A stretch of DNA of 31,513 bases from a virus (lineage: Duplodnaviria > Caudoviricetes): the IMG/VR virus record IMGVR_UViG_3300012933_000163, positions 1-31,513 of that record; one strand, 5' to 3'. A program made the translations under genes and the position numbers. Shown here one piece after another: positions 8,591-17,409 of the stretch. Each line of letters begins with the position of its first letter. Position 1 is the stretch's first letter. Below the pieces are notes generated by a model. That model saw only the letters and a program-made list of their open reading frames with translations. It was not told the DNA's origin and did not search any database.

Positions 8591-9015
8591 TTCTTAACGC
8601 CAGCGCGAACACGGCGCGTTACTTTTTTGGTTGGCTCTGGCTTGGCTTTTCCTTTGACTTCATCGAAAACTTCGAGAATGTCCTTCTTTTCCCGTTTTTC
8701 CAAAAAATTAGCGACCCAAGCAATAATCCCAACAGAAAGCATACCAATAACATAGCCTAGCCCCAGTGCAACGTCAATATCTTCAAAATTCATGCCGATA
8801 GACTTTGCAGCTATACCACCTAGCATAAACCCTGCCCCGACTGAGATACCACCAACAATAGCGCCTGCGGCTAACTTACCGTGTTCATGCAACTTACTTG
8901 GTTGATAAAAGAATGACACTGATAATCCCCCGAATAATGCAGATAGCGCGGCAGCACCCTTGCTAAAAAGATACCCGCCTGCTGCTGTTGTTGTTGGTTC
9001 CATTATGCGTTCCAT
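8587..9015 (-). CDS. putative holin
   Basis: 2-3 TM segments and highly basic C-terminal tail; start may be 9003 (MEPTTT). Confidence 0.5.
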   Translation of the reverse strand: MERIMEPTTTAAGGYLFSKGAAALSALFGGLSVSFFYQPSKLHEHGKLAAGAIVGGISVGAGFMLGGIAAKSIGMNFEDIDVALGLGYVIGMLSVGIIAWVANFLEKREKKDILEVFDEVKGKAKPEPTKKVTRRVRAGVKK

Positions 9016-9027
9016 TTGATTAAATTT

Positions 9028-9051
9028 CCCGCAAGTTTAAAGCATTGCGGG
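9028..9051. terminator. hairpin between portal and membrane-protein genes
   Basis: CCCGCAA..TTGCGGG 7-bp stem; short T run on + side. Confidence 0.35.
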
Positions 9052-9061
9052 TATTTTAGCG

Positions 9062-11356
9062 TTACTCACTGATTTCGATAGCGCCAATTGCTCGACCTGT
9101 CATCGGGTCACGTTCAAGCACTCGGCGTTTGGGCTTTTTCATCTCATCCACTGCACCAACCAGCGCGGCTGATACTTGGGCCAATGTGTTAACAGCGTCA
9201 GCGATACCAGCGCCTTGTTGTGCGGCTGATTCACTTAGAGTAGTGGCGATTTCATCAAACTTGCCGCCACTGTCCACTTGGAACATATTTTGTGGCTTGC
9301 TTGATGCGTCAGCGTTAATCTGAGCGATTTCTAGCTTTGTCTGCGCCTCAAGTTGCGCCTTGTATGTAGCGCGTTCTGTCTCTGCGGCTTGCTTCATTTG
9401 CTCCAATTGCATAGCATTTTGTGCCTTGAATTGCTCCAATTCGGCTTGTGCTTGCAGTTTGGCTTGCTCAAGTTGTTGCGCCAGTGCCGCTTTTTGCTGT
9501 TCCATTTGCATTTGAGCTTGCTCAGACTGCATGGCCTGTTGCATCTTGGCTTGCTCCATCTGTTGCTGCGCTTGGGCCTTCATCATCTCAGGGTTTGGCT
9601 GTTCAGGTTTAGGCTGCTTACCTTGCTCAATAGCCATTTCCAGCGCGTTCTCGAGTTGGCGACCGCCTTTGAATGTACGCACCACGAATTGCAGTGTTTC
9701 ACCAATGAGAGGCGCAAACTCAGGCGCGGCTTGGATGATAGGCAGTGCTTGTCCCATTGCTTGACCAAAGGCTTGCAGAAACTCTGTACGACTAGCCTTT
9801 TCACCAGCCTCGTCCATCTCCACCAGGCTATCAGAAGCCACTTCAATGCGGAAAGAGCGCACAGGCTCAGACTTCATCAATTGGATAGCTTGCTCGGCAT
9901 AAGGAGCGTCATCCGTACCCATAATGCCCGACATTTCGATCAGGTTTTGTGGGCTATACAAGTCGCACATCAATTGCGCTTTGATCTTCAGCAAATCAGA
10001 AGCAAACACCGCTACATCGTGCTGCATACGCTTTAAGCGCATAGAGGCGTATTGGCCTTTGATCTGTTGTGCAGTAGCAGTCTCACTAGCCACGCTAGAG
10101 CCACGAATAATGTCAGATAGACCCGTTACATCGTAGACCACTTGTTTAGCGGCTTCACGTGCTGTATAGCACTCGTTTAGGGCTTGCATTACCTCTTGGA
10201 TAGGCAAGAAGTCCACAGTGCCTTTAATGCCGCCTTTTTCGCTAAATGCCGCCCATGAATCCACAGGAATCAGCGTGTTGTCTACGCCTTCTGTCAGCAG
10301 ACGTTGAATTGAAGGCTGAGAAGCGTCATAAACACCGACTACCTTAACAGCGTCAACCAACAATGAAATGCGGTTAGTCAGCTTGTCGATTTCCTCGGCT
10401 TGGTCTTGATACAGAGCGTAATCAGGCACGGGAACCAATTGGTCTGTTGTCTGAGTAGCGTACAAAGGTTTAGGACAAGGCCAGAAACCATCAAGGCCAT
10501 ACGGGTCATCTTTGTGGTCTAGCAGTTTGTCGTAACCATCGGCTATCCAATAGACGCATTCCTCGTCTTTGTCCCAAATCTCCCACACCTCAGCCTTTTT
10601 CATGCGGTCGATTTCGCCTTGGCTGACACCTTGAGACTTTAGGTCATCAAGGCCAGTAGGCACATGAGACAGTGTTACATCGCTGAATTCTTCGCCAAAA
10701 CGCTCAATTACCGCGTCTTTGGTCATATACACACGGCGAGCAACCCAAGTTACCTCATCCCATGTACGGGCAGGAGTACAACGGAAATCTTCCCAGTAAA
10801 CATAGTCAACAGGCGTTGTTTCTACGTTGATTTCAGGCTGACCAGCGTACATTTCTACGCTTGGCTCACCGTAGCCTTCTTGCATCTCAGGTGCAGAATC
10901 TTCTGCGGCTTGCATCTCAGGCGATTCGACTGTTTCCACTGATTTAGTGTCAAAGCGCACCCAAGCCACACCGCGACCAGGCAACAAACGATCACCCACC
11001 GCAGCTTTTACCGCGAAGTCATAGTCACCGTAGTGGTCAATCTCATACTGCAAAGCACGTTCAAGGATGGTTGCCGCAGTACGTGAAACTGGGTCTTTGT
11101 CTTTCCAGCGGCGCTCTACTTGGGCGCGTGGTGTACGACCATACAAAGCAGGCAGAACGGTCTGCACGTTAGACCAAAGGATGTTATATCGCTTAACGCC
11201 TGAATTGCCTTGGGTGCGGTCATCACGGTAACGCTTAACAATCTTCTTGGCACGTTTGCACCAATCAGCGTCTTCTTTCTTGGCGAGTTTGAGCTCTTGA
11301 TGCCAGCGGCGTGCTTCAGCTACGGGATTCTTCTCTTTTTTCATGTAGTTGTCCAT
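9062..11356 (-). CDS. portal protein (P22-like, Gln-rich C-terminal barrel)
   Basis: ~764 aa; YNILWSNVQT, VYDVTGLSDIIRG..ETATAQQIK motifs; long QQMEQAK coiled coil; start 11356 by TGATG coupling. Confidence 0.85.
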   Translation of the reverse strand: MDNYMKKEKNPVAEARRWHQELKLAKKEDADWCKRAKKIVKRYRDDRTQGNSGVKRYNILWSNVQTVLPALYGRTPRAQVERRWKDKDPVSRTAATILERALQYEIDHYGDYDFAVKAAVGDRLLPGRGVAWVRFDTKSVETVESPEMQAAEDSAPEMQEGYGEPSVEMYAGQPEINVETTPVDYVYWEDFRCTPARTWDEVTWVARRVYMTKDAVIERFGEEFSDVTLSHVPTGLDDLKSQGVSQGEIDRMKKAEVWEIWDKDEECVYWIADGYDKLLDHKDDPYGLDGFWPCPKPLYATQTTDQLVPVPDYALYQDQAEEIDKLTNRISLLVDAVKVVGVYDASQPSIQRLLTEGVDNTLIPVDSWAAFSEKGGIKGTVDFLPIQEVMQALNECYTAREAAKQVVYDVTGLSDIIRGSSVASETATAQQIKGQYASMRLKRMQHDVAVFASDLLKIKAQLMCDLYSPQNLIEMSGIMGTDDAPYAEQAIQLMKSEPVRSFRIEVASDSLVEMDEAGEKASRTEFLQAFGQAMGQALPIIQAAPEFAPLIGETLQFVVRTFKGGRQLENALEMAIEQGKQPKPEQPNPEMMKAQAQQQMEQAKMQQAMQSEQAQMQMEQQKAALAQQLEQAKLQAQAELEQFKAQNAMQLEQMKQAAETERATYKAQLEAQTKLEIAQINADASSKPQNMFQVDSGGKFDEIATTLSESAAQQGAGIADAVNTLAQVSAALVGAVDEMKKPKRRVLERDPMTGRAIGAIEISE

Positions 11357-11625
11357 CAGTGAAATTGTCCTTTGAAACAATGCTTAGTTTCGTGGCCTAG
11401 ATATTCTTCTTTGGTGATCTTGCCAGTAAAGATAATGCAACGCGAGCCCGAAGCTGTACGAATAGAACACGCCTCAGTCTTTCTGCCAATCAAGATAGAA
11501 CAGACATGAGTAGGGTTTTCAAGCGTAATCCAGCTAACCACAGGGAATTGGTTTGTGTGGTTGTTATCTTCAACCATTGTTGTGCATCCCGTAAGGAATA
11601 CAGCCAAAGCTAATAGGTACTTCAT
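11356..11625 (-). CDS. small lipoprotein with HExxH motif
   Basis: signal MKYLLALAVFLTG-C lipobox; LGHETKHCF. Confidence 0.6.
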   Translation of the reverse strand: MKYLLALAVFLTGCTTMVEDNNHTNQFPVVSWITLENPTHVCSILIGRKTEACSIRTASGSRCIIFTGKITKEEYLGHETKHCFKGQFH

Positions 11626-11984
11626 TTGTAATTACCCTTGCCAAAGTGTTTAACAGCTAAATACATGACAGTACGCTTCCACTCAGGCACACCCAAAACG
11701 CCCATAGCTTCATAAAAGATATTGTCGGCATACTCTTTTGTTTTGTACGCCTCTACATACAGATAGTCGTGAACAATGGCTGCTTTTGCGTATTTACCAT
11801 GCGGCGGAACGATATTCCAAAAGATACGAGGCACAGAGGCTAAATCAGTTTTAAACCCTTTAGGCACAAGGATGATTTCCTCGCTTGGGTAGTCGCCTAC
11901 ATGGTAAGCAAACGGCTCAAGCATCTCAAACGTCAGACCATCGTCTAACAGTTCAAAACGAGCAGGGCTTGTAAACGTACTCAC
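11622..11984 (-). CDS. DUF1353-family protein
   Basis: VPKGFKTDLASVPR..KAAIVHDYLY..ADNIFYEAM..MYLAVKHFG family signature. Confidence 0.8.
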   Translation of the reverse strand: MSTFTSPARFELLDDGLTFEMLEPFAYHVGDYPSEEIILVPKGFKTDLASVPRIFWNIVPPHGKYAKAAIVHDYLYVEAYKTKEYADNIFYEAMGVLGVPEWKRTVMYLAVKHFGKGNYK

Positions 11985-12397
11985 AGAAACACCCGCGCAG
12001 GGGCTTTAGGTGCTACAGGTTGCCCATCAGCATCAGCCACGAATAAACGTGCCATATCAGCCATTGCCGCGCCAATAGTCTTGTCCTTTGTCTTGGCGTA
12101 GATTTCTGCCGCAATCTGCTCTAATGGCGGTTCAACAAACAAATTGATATGCCAGTACTTCTTACCGTTTTTATCGGCGCTAGGGGCTGTTTCTGGCGTT
12201 TCTACACCATCTACAACAAGTGTTTTGCCCGTAGGAACGTGGATATAGCCCACTTCGTCCCAAGTGCAACCTTGTGGAGTTAGTACACCGTCAACATCTA
12301 CCAATAAACCTAGCTTTTGAGCCAAGTTAAATAAAAGTGGCTTGTCTGATTCAATGCAACGAAGGTAATAGGTTTTCATGCTTAAATGTGGCTCCAT
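11981..12397 (-). CDS. hypothetical protein, possibly fibre-associated
   Basis: YYLRC..WHINL..PKAPARVF pattern recalled after fibre genes; real start likely MKTYYL at 12379. Confidence 0.5.
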   Translation of the reverse strand: MEPHLSMKTYYLRCIESDKPLLFNLAQKLGLLVDVDGVLTPQGCTWDEVGYIHVPTGKTLVVDGVETPETAPSADKNGKKYWHINLFVEPPLEQIAAEIYAKTKDKTIGAAMADMARLFVADADGQPVAPKAPARVFL

Positions 12398-12831
12398 TGT
12401 TGACCATTGATAATTCTGTGTATTTGCGTTTTCTTTACGCCAAATATTTTGATTAGGCTTTCCATGGGGAATTTATCCTTTAACAACTTTAAAAGTTTTA
12501 CTTTGTCTTCATCAAGCGTTGCATTAGGATTTTTAACTCCAGCCATGTTAGCCTTTACGCGCCGACCTTTTGCATCCATGTCTTGCATATTTTCTTTTGC
12601 AGTACCGACAAACAGATGATTTGGATTGACACAAGTTCTGTTGTCGCATTTATGGCAAACAAACAACCCATCCTTAATATCACCAAAGGCCATAGTGTAT
12701 GAAAGTCTATGCGCTAATACATTTTTGCGTGTGTTTGGCATTTTTAACTGACCATAACCACGGCTGTTTGTAGACGCTTTCCAGTTCCAGCATCCATCTG
12801 TTTTTTCTACTTTGTCCCAAAAGTTTTTCAT
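12382..12831 (-). CDS. HNH homing endonuclease
   Basis: FWDKVEKTDGCWNW..GYG..AHRLSY..VCHKCDNRTCVNPNHL; C-terminal HTH. Confidence 0.9.
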   Translation of the reverse strand: MKNFWDKVEKTDGCWNWKASTNSRGYGQLKMPNTRKNVLAHRLSYTMAFGDIKDGLFVCHKCDNRTCVNPNHLFVGTAKENMQDMDAKGRRVKANMAGVKNPNATLDEDKVKLLKLLKDKFPMESLIKIFGVKKTQIHRIINGQQWSHI

Positions 12832-14219
12832 GCTGTAATTGCCTGTTGTTGAACGCTTGAAAGTGCGGTATTAAAAAAGTTAATGACTTTGATATGACCA
12901 TTCAAATATTGTCCACTTACACCAGAACCAATACGTGCTGTTGTTGGCGTTACAGGAGTTCCACTTGTATTTGTTGCCACAGTTCCACCATTAACAACGT
13001 GAGAAAAGTCATTTAGTTTGTAGCTATGTGATGATTTGTAAACAACATTTGGCACATAAGTAGCCAAACCTGTAACAGTCATTGACGGGCTGTTTACTTG
13101 CGAAAGGCTTGTGCTACCAGTAAGCGCATTAAAGTTTGTCCCATCATCAAACTGGATAACCTTAAATGTTGAAGTAGTGTAGTTGTCAAACTGTGCATAT
13201 ACAGTACCTTGGCTTTGTGAATACCAAGTACTAAAGTTAGTACCAGTCATCACAGCTACGTCAGCAGCTCTTGTTGCTTGGGCTGTTGTTGTTGGGATGT
13301 ATGAAGTAGCAAAGGAGCCTGCTTCTAGTTGAGCACCCCAGATGTAGAGGCCGCTTGTGCCGTTTCCTGCATATGAGGTAGTTCCTACCCCAGTTGAAAC
13401 CAAGCATCGATTAGTAATATTTGTACCGTCAACTCGGGTTGCAGTAACGGAGCATCTCCACCATCCGTTTGACATATTTACAGAGGAAGCAGATAGATTT
13501 GTCCAAGTCCCTGCTGGAGCTGTAGTTACTTGACCATTTGTCAAATTAACATACGCACCCGTCAATGCAGAAACGTTGTCACTCATACCGACAAATGCAA
13601 AACTACGCTCTGCCGCTTTTAAAAATACAGTAAATGTGTAAGTACCAACTGGGCACGTAGAACTCTGATCGGCACTGTGAACCCCAGTTGTTGCGCTCTC
13701 AACTAGCTTATCTGCTGTTGTTGCCCCATCGGGCGAAGCAACAGCATTAGCCGTAACAGTAGCTGCTGTTTTTACCCAAACAGCATTATCAAACTGCTCT
13801 GAATAAGTAAGCAAGTTAGTCCTCTGCTCCTCAATCAGCAGTCCTTTAGCCGCTAGAGTTACTGGGTCGTAATCAAAGCGAGGCGTGTTAGTAGTCATCA
13901 GCTCGATAGCGCCCGAACTATTCACCCTTGTACCGCCACTAGCCCTTGTAAACGTCACACGGCTATCCAATACACCCGTACTGAAATCTAGGCTCATGGC
14001 AGGGACAAGAATAGTCGTGCCACCCAATCCATCACAGCAAACAGCGCCGTTAATGTCAAATGGAACACCGCCTGACCATGTTTGAACAGTGTTTGACGAT
14101 ACGCAAAGCTGTCCAAGTGAGTTAAAAGGTAGGCCGTTAGACCATGTAGTGCCAGCGGGTAAGCCAGCGGTTGCATCAACTGTTTGCACCATATTTCCCT
14201 CTATCTTTAAAACTGTCAT
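12828..14219 (-). CDS. head spike/fibre protein with carbohydrate-binding/LamG-like domains
   Basis: TFTRAS..PRFDYDP..GLLIEEQRTNLL..WGAQLEAGSFATSYIPTT..TRAAD motif set. Confidence 0.7.
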   Translation of the reverse strand: MTVLKIEGNMVQTVDATAGLPAGTTWSNGLPFNSLGQLCVSSNTVQTWSGGVPFDINGAVCCDGLGGTTILVPAMSLDFSTGVLDSRVTFTRASGGTRVNSSGAIELMTTNTPRFDYDPVTLAAKGLLIEEQRTNLLTYSEQFDNAVWVKTAATVTANAVASPDGATTADKLVESATTGVHSADQSSTCPVGTYTFTVFLKAAERSFAFVGMSDNVSALTGAYVNLTNGQVTTAPAGTWTNLSASSVNMSNGWWRCSVTATRVDGTNITNRCLVSTGVGTTSYAGNGTSGLYIWGAQLEAGSFATSYIPTTTAQATRAADVAVMTGTNFSTWYSQSQGTVYAQFDNYTTSTFKVIQFDDGTNFNALTGSTSLSQVNSPSMTVTGLATYVPNVVYKSSHSYKLNDFSHVVNGGTVATNTSGTPVTPTTARIGSGVSGQYLNGHIKVINFFNTALSSVQQQAITA

Positions 14220-14229
14220 TTATTGAGCC

Positions 14230-15576
14230 TCATATTCGGTCAACCCTTTTACTTGTTTCAGCCCACAGCTCATCAAGAGGAATTGTGGTGATTTTCCCCA
14301 TTTTATCGCCTTTTATCGCAAAAGTGTCGGGTTTTTCTTCTGTTTTAGCCTTGTTTTCTTTCCATGACACAGCAAGCATACGGAATCCGTCGGCTGCGTG
14401 GCTTGTGTAATCGTGCCTTGGTTTATCCCTGAAAGTCTTTTTATCTTCATCCCACTCACGCTGATATTGCTTGAGTAGCTCAACAGCATCCTCGCAGTTT
14501 TCCTTGTCAAACCAGACTTTTGGCAACATCACACGCGCGGCTTGAATACCGTCTTGCACCGATAGGCTTGGCACGATAGCTAGGTTTGAGATTCCTAAGT
14601 GCATTGCTAACTGTTCAATCACAGACTTTCCACCACTAGCAAGCGTTTTAGCCCTTGCATCGTGCGGTAGATAGTGGCGACCATACTTGTAAGGCTTTGA
14701 CTTCACAGCGTTTGCATAGTCCTCAATGGCAAGACCAGAGCCACTGTAAAAATCAATCACATGGATTTCAGTATGAGTTACCTGATAGAACCAAATAGCC
14801 GTGTCATCGTGATAACCCAAGTCCCAAGCGGTAAACACTGGCAATGTTCGGTCATACTCAACCTTTGTGATGCGCCCTTGATCTTCCAATGCCTTTAGTT
14901 CTTTGCCATAGTAAGCGCCCAAAATAGCGGCTTCAAACGAACACTCAAACTCTTGCTCATATTGGTCATCGGTCATGCCGCGCTTGGCATCTTCCAATTC
15001 TTCTTGTGGCAACAGGCCAGACGTACTAGCGCGAACACTAGCAGCAAACCACTTATCACTAGCGTTTGCGGTCTTCCATATCTCATAGAACGAGTTATGC
15101 CCTTTTGGTGTGCCAATAAACACAGCCCAACCCCTACGGTCTGCCAGCAATGGGCGAATAATCTCACCCCATACCCTTGGCTTCATATCGGCGTATTCGT
15201 CAAGAATCACACCATCTAGGTAAAGACCGCGCAGAGCATCAGCGTTATCAGCACCAAATAGGCGAATCCTTGCGCCATTTAACAGCTCTACCCATAGCTC
15301 AGAGGCGTTAGCTGTCACCCTTACGTCTATTGTGTATCTCAGCAGATAGTCCCAAGCAATTGACTTGGCCTGAGAATGATAAGGAGCAATGTAGGCATAG
15401 CGTCCATTTTCCTTGCCATCAACAAAAGCCCTGCGGATTAGGTCATTGATACAAGAAACAGTCTTTCCAGCTCTACGGTGCGCTACAAGACAAGCCCATC
15501 GTTCATCACGGCTATGAAAAGGCTCGAATACATCCCTTGGCGCATAGGGGATGACGATTTCTCTTACTTCTGCCAT
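14230..15576 (-). CDS. terL: terminase large subunit
   Basis: Walker A HRRAGKT, Walker B VILDE, coupling motif IGTPKG, nuclease WDLG and SHAADGFR. Confidence 0.95.
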   Translation of the reverse strand: MAEVREIVIPYAPRDVFEPFHSRDERWACLVAHRRAGKTVSCINDLIRRAFVDGKENGRYAYIAPYHSQAKSIAWDYLLRYTIDVRVTANASELWVELLNGARIRLFGADNADALRGLYLDGVILDEYADMKPRVWGEIIRPLLADRRGWAVFIGTPKGHNSFYEIWKTANASDKWFAASVRASTSGLLPQEELEDAKRGMTDDQYEQEFECSFEAAILGAYYGKELKALEDQGRITKVEYDRTLPVFTAWDLGYHDDTAIWFYQVTHTEIHVIDFYSGSGLAIEDYANAVKSKPYKYGRHYLPHDARAKTLASGGKSVIEQLAMHLGISNLAIVPSLSVQDGIQAARVMLPKVWFDKENCEDAVELLKQYQREWDEDKKTFRDKPRHDYTSHAADGFRMLAVSWKENKAKTEEKPDTFAIKGDKMGKITTIPLDELWAETSKRVDRI

Positions 15577-15803
15577 TTAATGACGGTTTGAACTGGATTC
15601 TCTTGATCGCCGCTTATCTCTACTGCGCTTAGATCAGGCAGCGACTTACGCAAAAGAATCTCAATAGCCTTCATGCGGTCAGGCTTCAATTCTTCTACGC
15701 CGTTAGCGCAATCGTGAAGAATGTTGAGCAAATGGCTTGCTTGAATCTTTGCTCTCACATCGTTTTGATGCAGTTTATTCATTGGTCTACCAGCTTTTGC
15801 CAT
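15564..15803 (-). CDS. terS: putative terminase small subunit
   Basis: 79 aa immediately upstream of and overlapping terL; AIEILLRKSLPDLSAVEISG motif. Confidence 0.65.
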   Translation of the reverse strand: MAKAGRPMNKLHQNDVRAKIQASHLLNILHDCANGVEELKPDRMKAIEILLRKSLPDLSAVEISGDQENPVQTVIKWQK

Positions 15804-15813
15804 ATTTTCTCCA

Positions 15814-15841
15814 TAGGGTTTTCCTAAGTGATTGAATTATA
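15814..15841 (-). promoter_or_regulatory. putative late promoter: TATAAT followed by CTTAGGAAAACCCTA (copy 2)
   Basis: TATAAT at 15841-15836, no clear -35; 15-bp motif identical to 3187-3201. Confidence 0.45.
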
Positions 15842-15856
15842 ACGGCTTTTTTTGGA

Positions 15857-16105
15857 TTAATTACTGACCTTTTGGTCATTAAAAGCAGGATTGAATCTAT
15901 CGTCTTTTTGCTTCCAATCATTGAACTCAGCTTCTTTGCCTGTTGTTCGCTTGATGTAGTCTTGTAGCCATCTAACAGCCATACGCTCACATTCATTTGT
16001 TATGCGGCATGGCAGTATTCCAATGGTTGTAGTTGCTTCCCAAAGTGACGCGCCACTAGTTAGCTTTACTTCATTTGTTTGTATTGGTGTGTGTTTCAGT
16101 TCCAT
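15857..16105 (-). CDS. hypothetical protein
   Basis: 82 aa, overlaps the upstream gene in a tightly packed operon. Confidence 0.45.
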   Translation of the reverse strand: MELKHTPIQTNEVKLTSGASLWEATTTIGILPCRITNECERMAVRWLQDYIKRTTGKEAEFNDWKQKDDRFNPAFNDQKVSN

Positions 16106-16338
16106 TTTTTCCTCTGCGCTTCCCAGTTAGCTTTAATCTTTGGCGTTGCTTCATGGTCGGGCCATGCTTCCATCATTACCATGCTACACCTATCACATAG
16201 GCAATCATGGTTATGCAACCCTTCATGCGTGTAATGCCAGCATCTAGGGCATTTAACGTAATCAGGGTCGTTTGCTAACGATCTTACAACCACCGAAGGC
16301 TGCGGACACATTAGCTCGTTTAAGCGATCATCTGTCAT
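16096..16338 (-). CDS. zinc-finger protein resembling the IleRS C-terminal (zf-FPG_IleRS) domain
   Basis: SVVVR..KCPRCWHY..LCDRC; start MTDDR by ATGA overlap, GGAG RBS. Confidence 0.6.
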   Translation of the reverse strand: MTDDRLNELMCPQPSVVVRSLANDPDYVKCPRCWHYTHEGLHNHDCLCDRCSMVMMEAWPDHEATPKIKANWEAQRKKWN

Positions 16339-16688
16339 CGCTGCTCCCAACATTCATTACCCATCCAATCATCAGGGTGAAATTTAATCCTTACGGCATG
16401 AATCTTGCATACGCCTTCTAAACATCCATCTTTACGTTTCTCATGGTGTACGCGCATCAGGTTCTTACAAGTGTTGCAGTTGGCATCCATTTCGTCAAAG
16501 TTCTTTTTACTTTGCTTACGGGCTTCTTTGCCTTCTTCATGGCAGACATAAGTCCCTGATACGCTTGGCATCAAAGAGCCTAAGAATACGGCTTTATCCG
16601 TTGTTATAGGCTTCTTTGAGTACTGGCAGACATAGACCTCGTTTCCTTGGTCGTCTGTTGCAATAGGCTTGTTTAAGACTTTTCTCAC
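16335..16688 (-). CDS. Cys-rich hypothetical protein
   Basis: 117 aa; CNTCKNL and further Cys/His; GTGA coupling. Confidence 0.55.
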   Translation of the reverse strand: MRKVLNKPIATDDQGNEVYVCQYSKKPITTDKAVFLGSLMPSVSGTYVCHEEGKEARKQSKKNFDEMDANCNTCKNLMRVHHEKRKDGCLEGVCKIHAVRIKFHPDDWMGNECWEQR

Positions 16689-16807
16689 AAATTACCCTTG
16701 ACGTATGCCATGAGATTAGCCGCAAAGTAAAGGTTTATCGCCTCTTTGTATGCTTCTTTGCTTGTCATCTTTGCTGCTATCAGTAAATGTAATGCTTCTT
16801 TTCTCAT
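16685..16807 (-). CDS. 40-aa hypothetical protein
   Basis: MRKEALHLLIAAKMTSKEAYKEAINLYFAANLMAYVKGNL; coupled at both ends. Confidence 0.5.
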   Translation of the reverse strand: MRKEALHLLIAAKMTSKEAYKEAINLYFAANLMAYVKGNL

Positions 16808-17175
16808 ACAGCATCCTTTCGGTATACGCGGCCATAGTGCATCAAACTTGGAATGTTCAAAAATTGGTACGCCCCAGGTCTATTAGCCAATCTGCGCAAG
16901 TCCTCGCCTTTGTATACGCCACCAACCGACCAACTGGTTATGCGCGTTTTGTTAAATGCTGGCTTTTCAACTTTTAAAGCTGTTTTGCCAGCGTTTGTGA
17001 GCATCCACTCCTCGCCAACCTTTACGCAATAGCCTAAAGCCTGTGATTCTTCAAGATTTCTAACAACGTGTAAAGCTGCATTACCTAAGTCTAAGTCGCC
17101 ACCATGAGTAAGGCTTTTTTCATCTCTTGCGCCGTTGATTAGGCGTTTCAAGACATTTTTATGATTTTGTTTCAT
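16804..17175 (-). CDS. hypothetical protein
   Basis: start MKQNHK at 17175; C-terminal YKGEDL..RPGAYQFLNIPSL motif recalled from phage early genes. Confidence 0.55.
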   Translation of the reverse strand: MKQNHKNVLKRLINGARDEKSLTHGGDLDLGNAALHVVRNLEESQALGYCVKVGEEWMLTNAGKTALKVEKPAFNKTRITSWSVGGVYKGEDLRRLANRPGAYQFLNIPSLMHYGRVYRKDAV

Positions 17176-17177
17176 TT

Positions 17178-17288
17178 TTAACTTTCTTGTGCTGCTGCTT
17201 TTAACCCAGCGAGATAGCCAAACAGCCAAAATACCACGCAAAGCAATAGAACCAACTCAGGCAGAACGTAGTAAATAAATTCAAACAT
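17178..17288 (-). CDS. 36-aa membrane peptide
   Basis: MFEFIYYVLPELVLLLCVVFWLFGYLAGLKAAAQES; AAGGA RBS. Confidence 0.45.
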   Translation of the reverse strand: MFEFIYYVLPELVLLLCVVFWLFGYLAGLKAAAQES

Positions 17289-17406
17289 TTGAGTTTCCTT
17301 GTGGTGCTATGCCGAGGGTAGCTTCACGCTCATCCGAACGCCCCAAAACGTACCCGACAATTAGTAAAACTAGCCCACCCATGACAGTAAAAATAGCGTT
17401 TGCCAT
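17281..17406 (-). CDS. 41-aa membrane peptide
   Basis: MANAIFTVMGGLVLLIVGYVLGRSDEREATLGIAPQGNSNV; AAGGAG RBS. Confidence 0.5.
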   Translation of the reverse strand: MANAIFTVMGGLVLLIVGYVLGRSDEREATLGIAPQGNSNV

Positions 17407-17409
17407 GTC

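Noticed and set aside
9353-10036. 227-aa Leu/His-rich plus-strand ORF
   Set aside because: Reverse complement of the Gln/Glu/Met-rich portal coiled coil.
10879-10921. Direct repeat CTTGCATCTCAGG, 30 bp apart
   Set aside because: Only two copies, in frame in a portal loop (PEMQ twice); not a CRISPR array.
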